Shown here one piece after another: positions 46,669 to 60,054 of a stretch of 64,000 nt of DNA. The translations under genes were made by a program, and so were the position numbers. The first letter of the stretch is position 1; every line of letters begins with the position of its first letter. The stretch lies in assembly GCA_964057225.1 (NCBI GenBank), contig OZ059899.1, positions 5,766,001 through 5,830,000 of the forward strand, read 5' to 3'. The notes under the pieces are model-generated. The model made no database searches and was not told the DNA's origin. It was given only the letters and a program-made list of their open reading frames with translations. Source of the DNA: Auanema rhodensis. Taxonomy: Eukaryota > Animalia > Nematoda.

Positions 46669-49600
46669 TTAAAGAGGTTTGGTAGGATTAGCCACCCAAG
46701 ATTCAGGACGTGACTGATTTTGAATGATCTGATGAACTCTGTTGAGCACTTCTTCGGCAGAACGACAATGGGAAATAACATCAGTGAATAAATTGGCGAA
46801 GTCTTGTTCGATTCTCTGACATCTCTGATACACATGTTGAGCTTCTTCATCAGAAATTGCTGGATCCCAGTCCCTAATCTGTTGATAATTAGCAGGTTTA
46901 ATGAATATCGCGATTGGCTGAATGTTAGCGACGGATTGCAAGCGTTTGATCGCATTTGCTGATACGTCAAGAATGCAATGTCTTCCCTGGAAAGAGAATT
47001 TTAGTTTCAGTAAGTTATGAAGTAATTTACTTGAAGAGCAACTTCTTTCACGCTTTTAATACTTGTTCCATATAAATTATTCTGGAACTGTCCGGCTTCA
47101 ATAAACAAATTTTGTTTAACGTCGTTGTCCATTTGGGCCTTTGATACAAAGTGATAATCCCTTCCATCCATTTCATTTGGTCTAGGTTCACGAGACGTGT
47201 CTGAAGTTATTGAAATGCTGACGTTGGAAACAAAAAAATCACATACGAGGCACACAGCTGGAGAACTTTTCTGGATATCTAGTTACTAGTTCATCGTTGA
47301 TCTTATCTTTCAAAGCTCCAAGAACAATGACAGGGCGTACGTAGTTAACTGAAAAAATATGTAATAGAAAGTATAAGGCAACAAAATCTTACTTTGCTGC
47401 ATATCCACAACTTGATATGAGAAAATAGGCTCATCAGTAGTTCCAACTGAAAAAAAAACAAAATTAATAAAAACTTGAAGTAGTTTAAGATTAGCAGAAT
47501 TGACGGCAAACAGTTGAAAACATTGAAGGTACAACATTATACATGCGTTTTTTTAATGAGAAAGGACAATTGTGGACATGTTTTATATCTACACTCTACT
47601 TACAAAAGTCGCTATCACTAGTACAAGAAGTATAAGTGAAAGTTGTAGCTGTTGCTAAATTACTAAGATTATGTAATTACTTCTATTTGATATTGAGTTT
47701 TTATACAGATAGATACACTATCCTATAATATTATATATTAAATATTACTCACGTTCTTGATCTGTAAATTCGTTCAGACGATCTGTACTCTTGACGAATG
47801 GGAACTTGCGCGAAAACGAAAGTTGGCTCTTGCTGCCACGGCGGTTTTCCAATCCAGTACTATTACGTCCAAGAGACATAGATCCGGCATTGAAGTTAAC
47901 TTGCTTCCGACGGGCCTTTTCTTTCTTTTCTACTCTCTTCTTTGATGGGATTACTCCTTCTGGACCTTCCTCTCCATTTTCAAACACCTTCCTGGCGGTC
48001 CACCATTCATCATCAGGATTGTTAATGATATGGAGAATATCACCAAATCGGAAAGGCATAGAACGATGAGGTACACCTACTTCGCGAGATGGGTCATGAT
48101 CGAAAAGAGCCCTTAAAACATTTTTTAAAAGTGAACTATCATAGTGATGCTTCTTACTTCACATAAAGATCTCTTTGTTGGTGGCTTTCATTGCTTTGCT
48201 GTTGCAGCATATCATTTCTCAATCGGTCAACCCTAGCTTGAAATTGTTGATAATCTGAAAAGTTTTACTAAACAACAACGCTATTTGATCAATTAAATTG
48301 GAGCGCGGGTCATTTTTCTAGTTAATAGCTTTAAAACAATGACAGGAGTAATTAAACTAATTATATTGACTCACCATGAGGACGATACTGAAGAGTTAAA
48401 GTGACTGGATTTTGAGCATTTTTCAAAGTTTCCGCAGCGATGGAATGAGTAGCATTACGAAGTGATTGACGATTTACTTCAAGAAGAATGTCTCCTTTTC
48501 GGACATTTCCACTGAGATCAGCAACACCTCCAGGAAGGACAAAACTAATATATATAGGTTCGCCATCCTCTCCTCCAACGATATTAAATCCAAGTCCCTG
48601 ACCTCCCTTATATAATGTAACATAGCGAGGGTCAATGCTGATAGATGTCTGATTTGATTGAGGTTGACCAAATGCAAGTACTGATTGGGAATCCGAAGAT
48701 CTATTGAAATCTTGAACTGAGCTGGCTAAAATATAATATAAATGTTTTATTCGGGCTGTTCAAAGAAGCATACCTCTCTGAGGAGTGACAGGAGCGAAGG
48801 AACGGTTAGCATCACCGGTACTCTTCAAAATTGAAACATAGGATCCAGTGTTTTTCAATACATTAACAGCAAAATCATGTGTGATGTTCTCGAAGGCAAT
48901 ATCATCGACTGCGAGAATTTTATCATTGACACGGAGACGACCATCATGATCAGCAGCTCCACCAGGGATAATTTTCGTTACATATATGTCTGTATCTCCT
49001 TGAAAGTGCTCGTTTCCTACACCTCCGGCAATTGAAAAGCCTAATCCTTTCTCTCCTTTGTGCAGATTAATCCATTGAGCTCCAGCTCTCTCTTCCATAC
49101 GACGGATATCATTTGATCTATAGTTGAGATTAGGTTGTGACCCATGAAGAGAACCTCCGTGAGCTGGAGGAGGTGGAGGAGGGTATGTAGGTCCTGTGAT
49201 TCCACTAAAAATAATCTTAAACTTCATAATATAAAATAAATACATACAATCTATTCAAGCTATGAGTGGAAAGTGAATTGTTATTCACTCCTCCCAAATT
49301 TGATACCGGAATAGCTACACCGCTTTCCCTTAAACGTTTCAGATACTGAAAAATACTTAGGTTTAAGTGTTGAGAATGTTGAAATATTACCAGCTTAACA
49401 ACATTGCCTGCTGTTTTTAATGCATTAACAGCCACTTCGTGTACGACATTGACACAATCGGTACTGTTGACTTTCAAGATAATATCGTTCTTTCTAAACA
49501 CAGGAATTAATGGTTTACGTTTAGTCTCGATAAGATAATAACTCACTGCATGCGCCCATCTATAGCAGCGGCACCTCCAGGAATGATATTTGTTACATAA

Positions 49601-51122
49601 ATGGAAGTATCTCCATTATCAGTAGGCTGATCAGATCCTCCAGTAATGGAAAACCCAAGACCAGTATTTCCTTTCTCCAGAACAATGTCTTCGATCTCCC
49701 ACTGTCTGCCATATTCATCAATGATACCACTATGCTGCAAGAAAAATTGCAGTTCCTTTTGTAGATTATTATCTTTATAATTCATAGTTTTCTCGAAAGT
49801 TTTAAAATGAGAAGAAACAAGTAAATAGCAAATGCCATTTTATGAAGGTATTCAACTGATGGATACACATATACACAATGTGACAGCTTGCAATCGATTG
49901 TACTCTGTAGAGAACAATCAACAAGCTTGTAGCTCAAGCGGCTACTTGAGCGTATACAATGAGAGGATGTAAATCTGTTTTTATAATTCAAGCAGCTTAC
50001 CGAAATTGTATGACGCTGAACTCCTCCATTTGTTCCTTCGCTAGTGCGGACCGTCGTTTCAGACGTTTGCCAAGTTCCATCTACGAGATGTCTTGAACGT
50101 TCATGGACTACATGATTAGAGGAATAAGATGTATTTGCTGGGGCATTTCCCAAAGAACTATCAAGGTATGAGAATCCGCGATCCTGAAAAATACATATAT
50201 TTGGTTACTTAACGAACTCTTAAATCCAGCTATATCTGGCACCTACCCGCACCTCACTAGCTAAGGGAGCAGTACTGGAAGTATTTTTATGCAGAAATCC
50301 GAAAGGGGGATGAGCTTCCCATTTTTCAGCCATTTTTCTAGACTCCATAACCTTCTGTGGGTAGCTTTTGCGCTCATTTAATAAAGTTTCTTCATAATAT
50401 TCTTGTATGTCTGTACTATGAATGATTAGAATAAAACTGCAATAAAGTTAAAATACCAAGCAAAGTTTGAAAGAGTTGCTGCTTAAAAGTCGAAATCAAT
50501 CTGTCAATTTGAACACGAAGATCTTCATCTCTAATACTCAATTGTGAGTGATATTCTTCTAGCAGCTCGATGGCGCGGTGCGCTTCTAAATATACAAAAT
50601 CAATGCACGTAAGAAATATTAAAATGTGTAGTTATCTCACAAAAATTTTATTCTCACCCTCCAATCTAAAACACATCGACTTGAAAACGTTATGAAATTG
50701 AATATCGGGGCATTTCGACTTCTTTCTCGAAGTATGGGAGCGCAACAGCACAGCGCTAGCCCCACTGCAAGATGACCGCAGAATAGGACTAGTACGGGAA
50801 TGTATGAAGGATACGCTATCCATTGTAATGGAGATTTAATCAAAAATAACATTAAATCAACATAAATTGGTAAGCAAAAGGAAATTTTCAGAAGATATAA
50901 GCTACTCTTATGATATGGCAGCTGCGTAGTGGAGGGATCGAGGAAAACACTACGAGACAACTGCGGTCAGTTAAACAGGAGGATAATTGATCAGAATAGA
51001 GACAAAGCTCTGTCAGAATTAAGCCGAATGCGTGTAACAACAGAATGCAACCGATTGTCAAGTAAACTCGATGCAAAATAAAAAAAAACTAATTACTCAC
51101 CTGATGAATCGCGCACCGGCAT
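46669..51122 (-). CDS. dlg-1: Discs-large MAGUK (L27, 3 PDZ, SH3, HOOK, GK)
   Basis: MPVRDSS|[12 protein letters not shown] (L27); [30 protein letters not shown] loops; [23 protein letters not shown]3; [32 protein letters not shown] domain. Confidence 0.96.
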
Positions 51123-54100
51123 ATCTAAGTCCGCTACGGTTAACGTTCGCTGCAAATAAAAAATATGAAAAATATTATTAAATATGAACAAATTTACAAA
51201 TATACGCAATAAGAAATTCGATTAAGAAGGCAATGTCTTGAATAGAAAAATCAATGAGAGCACATTATATTGATCTATCATCTTTAAAAAAAATGAAAAA
51301 ATATAGTCTCTATAAATATAACTATAAAACTGTCATGATCAGGGGAAAAAACGTTAAACACTGTGTGGTAGAACAGATAAGAAGTCATCCAAAAAAAAAC
51401 ATGATTCAGTATTTGAAGCATAAAGATGACATAACAGCTTCCTACGCTAAAACTAACCAATGTTGGCGGTACGTGTTATTCGCAACCGATTAAAATAATA
51501 ATATATTTTAAGGAATTTAGGATAGTTTTCTATTCATTTTTTCAGAATATCGTGATTAAAAAACAATGGATCGATAAAAAATAATAGAAATTAGAAATGC
51601 TTGAGGTTAATGGTCAGTACAACAAGCGACGGTTCAAGTCAATTTATAGTTAGAGCGTCTTCTTACACAGGTCGACTTGTTGATTCAACAGACTACAAGC
51701 AAAGAGAAGAAGAGCAGCACCGACATATAGGAGAGGGAAATAAGGAAGAAGAGAACTGCACAGTGAAGAGAGGGGGAAAAGAAGAATCGTACGAGGCAAA
51801 GACAGTTGAATCGTAAAGCGTTTTCGTAGTCAGGCATATCGGAGACCTTTTGCTCACAAAACGTAAGATAGATAGATAACATGGAATGATTTGTGGCACA
51901 TATATACATATATATGTATATACATATATGTCTGCATAATGTCAATACTAGTTGCTATTCACAACCATCATGATACTCTTCGGATTCACACGATGATGTC
52001 GTTCATTCTCAGTCAAGCAAACATAAGCTGTGCAGAGTAAAAGACATCTGAAACGATTGACAACGTCGTTGTCATCGTCATCGTCATCGTGCGTTCTTCA
52101 ACACGTAGAATCTCCAGGTAGACAACTACTGGTGACCAATTGGCCAGCACAAACAAATGAGATGCTACACAAGAAGTGGAAGGACGAACAAGACATCGTG
52201 AATCGAAAATCGGGGGTAATGGATTGTGAACATTGCAGATGGGCAGGACAAGCATGACCATGCGAGAGCACGACTCGAAGGTGGAAGAGAATGCTTCAAA
52301 GACATAGATGATGCTGATGACACCGAAACTTGTCGGCGACTGTGCTTTTCTTACATGAGCTGGTGGATCTGTTTGTATACGGCAAGTCTCGGACAAGACA
52401 AACAGAAAATGAATTCTCGAGCTGATTGAATCAGTAGAAAGATGGACGAATTTAAAAGATTCGTTGTACAATCATAACAGTGAAAAAGAAAATTTCTACA
52501 AGAAATATATAATAAGAAGTTTGAGAGCAAAGCAAATTAATTTCCTGTATATGTATATAAGCATGTATAATGAATAAATCTTTGATAAGACAGCATACTT
52601 TCTACCTCTCTTTCTATGCAACTCTATTCAACTTTTATCATTTTCCATTTTATCAGAAAAGTACAAGGCCGTCGTAAGAATTTGCCTAAAAGAACAAGAG
52701 AGTTTATAAGATGATATCAGAAAATTGTCATCTATTCGGCAAAACCAAGCAAGTTAAACGGCAAGACCGCAACCCATTATAGGCTAAAATACAATAGCAA
52801 GCGGAAGAAATAGCAATTAGTTCCTCTAAACGATACAAGAATGACAATCACAAATATAATGAGAAAAGAAATAAAAAAAGTTGCGAGGAATGAGAAATTG
52901 TTTCCCATGGGTCGCGAAAAGCGTTAACTGATCCTAACCTCCACCGGTCAAACAGCCGCGGATGCGCCCAGTGAACTGGACAAAAACTTGGAAAAGAAAG
53001 AAAAACGAAAATGATACAAATATATGAAGTCTAAAGTAACATTGAACCAAAGGACATGTCAAAAAAACTAGAAAAGCTAGAAAATAGCATACTTATAATA
53101 CTTGATAATATGAAACTGCAAAAACTAGCTTTCGATGAACGTTATTTATGATCATAAAATTTGTCAACCTGTCTGGTTACTAGCAAAAAAGTTGTATGCA
53201 AAACGTATAATAAACATTTGTCAGAAAATATTCCGGGCACAGCAGTTCAGCTACAGGGCCATACGTAAGGAGCAATAAAACGGCCGGTTCGACCTTCGAC
53301 TGAGGCAAGTCCGACTAATCACTGAGGGGTGATTGCTGAGGTCGACGGATGAGTGACGAAAAATACGTAGTAGAAACAACATGACTCATCCAAATAAACT
53401 TTGAAGTCACTGAGTAAAGTGAGACATATGGGAGAAATCGTGATTTAATTAAAAAAAAAAACTAATATAAAGATTAAAAGAACACTGAAGTGATATTAAG
53501 AAAAGACTTTTGCGTGTTTAAAAATTGCGAGTGCTGCTGCAGCCGTGGTTTTGTTACAACATTGAAAACAATAGATACAACTAGCCAGCGTGAAAAAAAC
53601 TCTTAAAGCAAGATGGGAGGAGCAGAATCGAATGGAACATTTACCATAAATATATGCCATATATGGTGATAAGAAAGAATGGAATGTGATTCAATATTAG
53701 AACCATTCATCGTAATGTTGAATAAAAAGGCTAGGACGAATGAAATGCGTTATAGGAAAAAATGAACGTGACTGAGGGTTGTGCCTAATAATCTGTGAAA
53801 TCTGGCAAGCAATATTCAGAAACAAGGGGATGAAACTGTAGGAATAGAGATTAGTGCATTCCACGAGATAAAATATGGACTGACAGAAAGTAGACAATAA
53901 TTCAGGTAGGAATCAAGTTAAAAACACGATGATGGTGATGGTAGTGATGGAGCCATCCAACCACAATAACCTGTCATTTAATTTGAGGGAAGCTGACAAC
54001 AGATTGATCACAAAGTGAGAGAAAAGGACGACACTTAAGATGAACAGTCCGGAACTTTCGTAGAAAAAGGAGCGAATGTTACAAATCAATAGAGAAATAT

Positions 54101-57100
54101 AAGAGGATTAGCCTGAAGCAGGGAGGACTTGTATTTACAAATAGACGTGAGGTCCCGTCACTAAAGGTAAGGGACGAACGTTGAAAATAAATAGAGATGA
54201 GGTACGATGACACACATACACAGAAAGGTTATAGAAGGAACGAAACAGATGGAGAATCAGAGATGTAGAGAAAGATGGACAGAGGTAATGCTCCACGTAT
54301 TATTGCTAAGATAGAGCCAGGGACGCAGAGGAGAAGGTCGCGCTTGAGAGTTGAAGACAGGTAGGGCGGCGAGCAAGGTTGTATACGTATATGGACCACA
54401 ACAGAGAGAGCATGCTAACAATGAGAACAGAGAAAGGTATAGAAGGGTGGGCCCTGGGCTTGGGACGTGAGGTTAAAGCAAGACAGGCATCAACGTTAGA
54501 CCTATTGTGAGAGAATTGGATGGCAAAATAGATGATGCCGACCCCTTTTCTACATCTGGGGGCCATATCTATCCCTTATCTAGCCGTTCATACCTGTCCT
54601 GTGGTAAGCCAAGAAGGGAAGGCCATATGCAAAGGTAGCAATGCTGGTTAAATGCTATTTCGAGGATGTATTAGAATATGAATGAAATCTATCTTAGACA
54701 GTAGGCTACCGAAGAAAAGTTCTATTGATTGCAAGAGTGTACAAAATTAGTAGAAAACATATCAATGAATAGAAATGTGATGGGAAAAACAGGAACATCA
54801 GATTGCCAACGATTCCTGAACACCTAGGAGTTTTTTTTGCCCGAACAACTCATGGAGGTATTGTGATGACCCATAAGTAACTGAGGGCAAAATCATTTAG
54901 ATGGCGAGGACATCTTTTGTTGCGGAGACAAAGAGGAGGGCCAAGCCAGGAACGAATGTAGACGAATTATAAGAACGCCGTTGAAAATTGTCTTTTAATC
55001 GGAAGGTAATCGACTGAATACCTAACACATTTTACACATAAATATAAATTGGATAACAGCCTCATACAAATTTTTGGTTAAAAGCAAGCTAAATAAGGGT
55101 CAGGTACACCGGTTAATTTGCATAGCAACGGCCACGCTTTTGGTTAATCACTGTGAAGCATAAATTGAAAACAGTGCAGAACGCCAGAAACAAAGAATAA
55201 AATAAATACAGCCGTTCTGCGCGGATAATCTTGTGGCAATGATGCACAAGTAACACGCTTCATTTACGTGAAATTAGAATATATAAGATATTAAACAACG
55301 ATAACTGAAATAACTGTGCAAAAGAGAAAGATGATACAAAGAATGAGAAATATATAAATATATCTGAATAGATGGAATATTATTAACATTTAATCTATGC
55401 TTCAGTGTCAGAAATGTGTATTCATACACTATAATACATTTCAATCTATTCATGAACTATCCATTAGAGGCTAATACACTAACGGGCAAGGAAAGTGAGA
55501 TACATTCATTGGTAATCGAAAAGAAAGCTATAGAGGATTGTCCCTTCGTCTATAGACGGTAATCCAGGTCTGATGAACCTTCTCCCTTGATGTTTTGAGT
55601 GCTCCGTCGGCCAATCTTAGCTGAGCTCCCATAAATGGTGTTGGGTCAGGGTCGATCTGTATCCGGCCTGTCGTACGACTCTCTACCCTCTTTTTATTTT
55701 GTCTCTTTAGTTGTCATACTCTCAGAGCTCAATCCCCCCTTCTCTCAAAGTCGGTTCTTAACAAACCTATACCTCATCATTGAATTGAAGACCTTAAGTG
55801 GAATAAACACCACTATGGTTAATAGGTCTCGGAAACGGAAATGATATGGTAAAGAAAACTGAAGAGCATTTTTAGATAGTGTTAGAGTATAAAATTCGAA
55901 AAAAGTCTCATTACTTCATTCAATTGTTCTTCATACTATTTAATATGTACGATAAGATTTCAAAATATTTTGTTTGAAGGGTAAATACCAAAAACAAATT
56001 TATATAGTTTAGAGCTATTACATGGATAATCATGTCGCATTTATCAAGTGTAGAAACGGAATCGTTATATGAAGAACCAATTGTACAAGCGAAAGAAATA
56101 ATTGGATTTGTTCCAAATTTCATAAGATCAAAAGCGACAGTCATCTGAATGATCCTATTTTGGTTATCGTACAACATAGTGATTGACTAAAAAGGGCAAA
56201 AAATGACTCAGGCCTCTACGCGTGTAGTTATAATGACCAGTGTCAGACAAGATGACTCAACGTAAAAACATGCATTCAGAATTCGTATAGTAGAATATAG
56301 GAAAAATGAAAAACCAAAGATGTACAAAAATGTTCGAATTTTCTAATATTCAACACTGTCATAGATATGTTATGAATTTCATTTGAGAATAAGTACAATA
56401 TTGACAAATGAAAAACATGTTTGGATATGATACACTGCTACATAATGAGAAAAGAATGTGTGGAGGTGTACCAACGGAAGACAGAGGACCCTCAAGATGC
56501 GCTAGGACTACACGCTCCAATAGAAAGCAAATATAGAATTTAGTTTGATATGTGAGAGGAATTACTACTGACCATTAACTATTTGTAGAATAATATGCAA
56601 CGGACCAAAAACAGCTAATATACAAAAGGGTGGTAGAGACCAGACTCAAAATCATCTGGGGGTGCATCAAGTGGTGCTATACTCTCTTTCTCTCTCTATA
56701 ATTCGCGAACTGTGTCGTTTCTGTCTTTCAACTCATCCGGGTCAAGACAAAATCTATGGAATAAGAAAACTATAAACCGAGAGAATGTAAGAGAATCAGA
56801 GACGCCATACGAAAAAATCTTCGATTTCCTCAGAAAGCGTTAGATGAGCGGTGTCATAATCGCAGTGGGTAATCTCAGACTGAATAAGATAACATCAGAA
56901 TGCACAGGAAAGAGATCAAGTGGTAAAGATTGGAAAGGTCGAATGAAATAGGTGGAAGAGTAGTGTACAAGGTAAGTGAAACCACCCTATGCAAAATGCA
57001 AGCTTTGGCTAAAACGTTTATTAAAACCAGTTTTCAAATAAACACATTGCAATTAACCGTCACCTTACATGATACAAAAATGTCATGCAGATCATTCAAT

Positions 57101-57122
57101 ATTTGCTGATAGTCTTATTTAA

Positions 57123-58419
57123 TTACGCCTTGGTGTTCCGAGATTTAGCTTTATTTACGGCCTGAAATATTCCATGAAGGTAAAACAATATATTCTTCTC
57201 TCACTTCTTGCATATATGGTACAAGTTTTCCTTCCTTTGCTAAGGCTTTCATCAACTCAACGATAAAAGGTAAATAGTTATGGCGTCGACGAGCATTCTC
57301 AATCTTATATCTAAGAGAAAGTTAGTTAGACAAGGTGAAGTAATAAACAAATACAAGTACCTCTTCATCTTCTCATCTTCTTGATCAATACGAATCTGAA
57401 GATCAGAAATAATCTGAGCGTCTTCATCGGTAACCATGTCTTTCTATAATAAAAATAGCAATTTCGTGAAAAATCTGTGAGGATAATAAACCTCGCTTAA
57501 CTCAGTAATACGGCGTATATATTCTGCCTTTCGATCAGATACAACTGCCATCAAGTTGAAAGTGATCTCTCCCTCATTATATCTAAATTCTCTTATAGAT
57601 GGTTTTAATCAATGCTTTTGACAAACTTTTCCATTCTTGCATGAAGAATTGGTCGAACAGCATCAAGCCAATCCCCACCTTCAGCAATTGTTGCAACTTC
57701 CAAAGGAGCAGTGCGTAATCCATCCAACTCATATACCTATTACAAATTGAGATGAAAGATTTCTCATACATATGTAATCACTTTTCCATTGATGGGCACA
57801 TATGTAACAAAATGATAATTGTCCTCAGACTTGCCGCCCTTTTGTTCAAGCTCATACAAGGCTGGTCGTGAAAAGCTATTGTGAACTTTTTGGATCATGT
57901 CAGAGTTTGAAAGAGTTAATCCGCGATTCTAGAATTGTTTAAAATCATAAACAAATATAGATTTTTTTATTTACCGCGGGATCGAAATCTTTTGTGAACT
58001 CTTTAAATTCACTCAAAATATTTCCCAAATCCACAGCAGGATCGTTCACATTCAACAACATATTTACAAGAGCTTGTGTAGCACAAGCGTTAGTAATGAC
58101 CTGATAATGAAAAAATGTGCATGACAAAGAACATTTTAAGTACTTGCTGAGCAAAAAATATATTTGCCTCATTGCTCGCTGGTGTTCCAGCTGAATCATC
58201 ATCTTTTCTCCATTTAAATAAAAAAATTAGACCAAGAACAGGTCGAAGGACTTTAAACTGTTGCTCATCCAAGGAGTACAATTCCTCAACCTTTAAAATT
58301 CATATAACAGAGAGATCTGTAAATATTCAAACCTGAACCCCTTTAACACCAAAACCTTTCAGAAGTTCGGTAAAAACACCAGGATCACTCTCGATAAGGC
58401 ACCACTCTCCGGCACTCAT
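57123..58419 (-). CDS. ubh-4: Ubiquitin C-terminal hydrolase UCHL5/UCH37 family
   Basis: [43 protein letters not shown] (catalytic Cys), [37 protein letters not shown]. Confidence 0.95.
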
Positions 58420-58627
58420 TTTCTGTATGCAAGCTGAACTATTTTGAATAAAAAGCAAGAAAAATATAAAATCAAATATTCAAACGAACTCGTAGCACAG
58501 CGCCATCAATGTTAAATATATAATGATTTAATGAGTTCAACATACAAGGAAAATTTAAAGAGTTACGAGCAGTTTGGAATCGACAATGAAGAAAGGCGTT
58601 TTTTAGCCAATATAATAATTTGAATGT

Positions 58628-60054
58628 TTATTCTTGATTTTCTTTTTTTTTGGCTTCTTCAGCTAGTCTTCTTTTTCTATAAAAAAGATTATGATCACGT
58701 TTGCCTCATCAAAAAGCAGATGAAAAATAATTATATAACTAACTCTTTTGCTTTTGCTGGACACATTTTCCTATGTTTCCGGCAGTGATGGTGTCGCAGG
58801 TGATGACCACAGCGAGACATTTTCGCTTTCTTTTCGACGGTTTCATCCCGAAGTCTGTCGATCTTGGTATCTGGTCTTTCATAACCACGTTTACGTTCTT
58901 CTCTAAATTAAAAATTTAAAAAACATATATGTTTGAAAAATACCTTTCTCTTGCATGCTGAATTAAATCTCTTTTTCTCTCAGCAAACTTTTCATCAATA
59001 TCTTTCTGTTACAAATTAATAAGAAAAAATGAAATAAACAACTTCAGTACCTGAATTGGCACTGGTATCCGTGGAAACAGAGTCCCATACCAATCTAATT
59101 TCGTAAGCATCAATTTAACAATTTGCGCAAAAGTCATAGAATCGCCACCACCCGATTTGGGATCAACCTCTTCTTCATCATCCTATTGAATTAATAAAAT
59201 AAATACGTTAAAGTTAAGTACTTACTAAATATGGTTCAAACCATGCCCACAAATCTGCAGGAGGCTGAGTATATCTTATATACATGAAACCTAAACCTCT
59301 AATATAGGGTGAAACACTGCTATTAATCATAGTGATAACATGTCGCCTAAAATAATGCACTGCTCATAGAAGTACAACTCAACAAACCTTGTCAACTTAA
59401 TATTAAAGAGTCTGTACAACAAACAGTATGCTGAACTAACTACTCCTCCAGCACCAACACCACGAACCTAGAAAAAAAAAAATATTTTAAGAAAAAAATT
59501 ATAAAGATATTCTTACTCCTCCACACATTCCTGTCATCCCTTGAACCTTTCTTGTGCCTTTTTCCCAGGGCTCCATATGCTTTACCTAAAATAACTTTAC
59601 TTTAAAATAACAACACAAGACAAACTATTTTGTATAAACGTTTTTCTTACTCACCATATACCCACCTGGTAGAAGATTTCGTCTTGAAGTTGTTGAAAAT
59701 TATCTATTTCAATTAAATGATTTTTATAGTAGTAACTTTCGCGAACATTCTCCAAAACCAATGCATTAAGGTTCATAGTAGCCTGATTTCCCCATAGAGG
59801 AAGAATATTATTCTTCTTGGTTACCATCTGAAGAAAACACATAACGAAAATAATAAAGAAATCCGAACCTGAATATCTGGCACTTCATTTCCATCTTCGT
59901 AATCATCAGCTTCTTCACAAAAATCAGCCACTGTTAAACCTTGTGGCATCTGCTGTTGCATTTGTTGAATAACAGCATTAGGAAATCCTGTAGCTGAAGG
60001 GAGACCGGGAATACCAGATAATCCCGGAATTCCAGGTATTCCTAACCCATCCAT
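58628..60054 (-). CDS. PRP38-domain splicing factor, PRPF38B-type
   Basis: NILPLWGNQATMNLN..VKHMEPWEKGTRK..GMCGGVRGVGAGGVVSSAYCLLYRLF..SPYIRGLGFMYIRYTQPPADLW..KLDWYGTLFPRIPVPIQ, matching recalled PRPF38B motifs; ends AKKKENQE*. Confidence 0.9.

Noticed and set aside
47600-47625. Possible dlg-1 HOOK-region microexon
   Set aside because: Candidate lengths (8 or 14 nt) do not preserve the frame.
52013-52471. 152-aa minus-strand ORF and overlapping plus-strand ORFs
   Set aside because: No recognisable domain, non-ATG start, no splice partners; likely chance in GC-richer DNA.
53230-53350. GGTTCGA B-box-like motif with nearby hairpins
   Set aside because: No cloverleaf or A-box spacing; not a tRNA.
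55566-55630. TGATGA...CTGA, candidate C/D snoRNA or hammerhead core
   Set aside because: No terminal stem, no recognisable guide, no GAAA/stem architecture.
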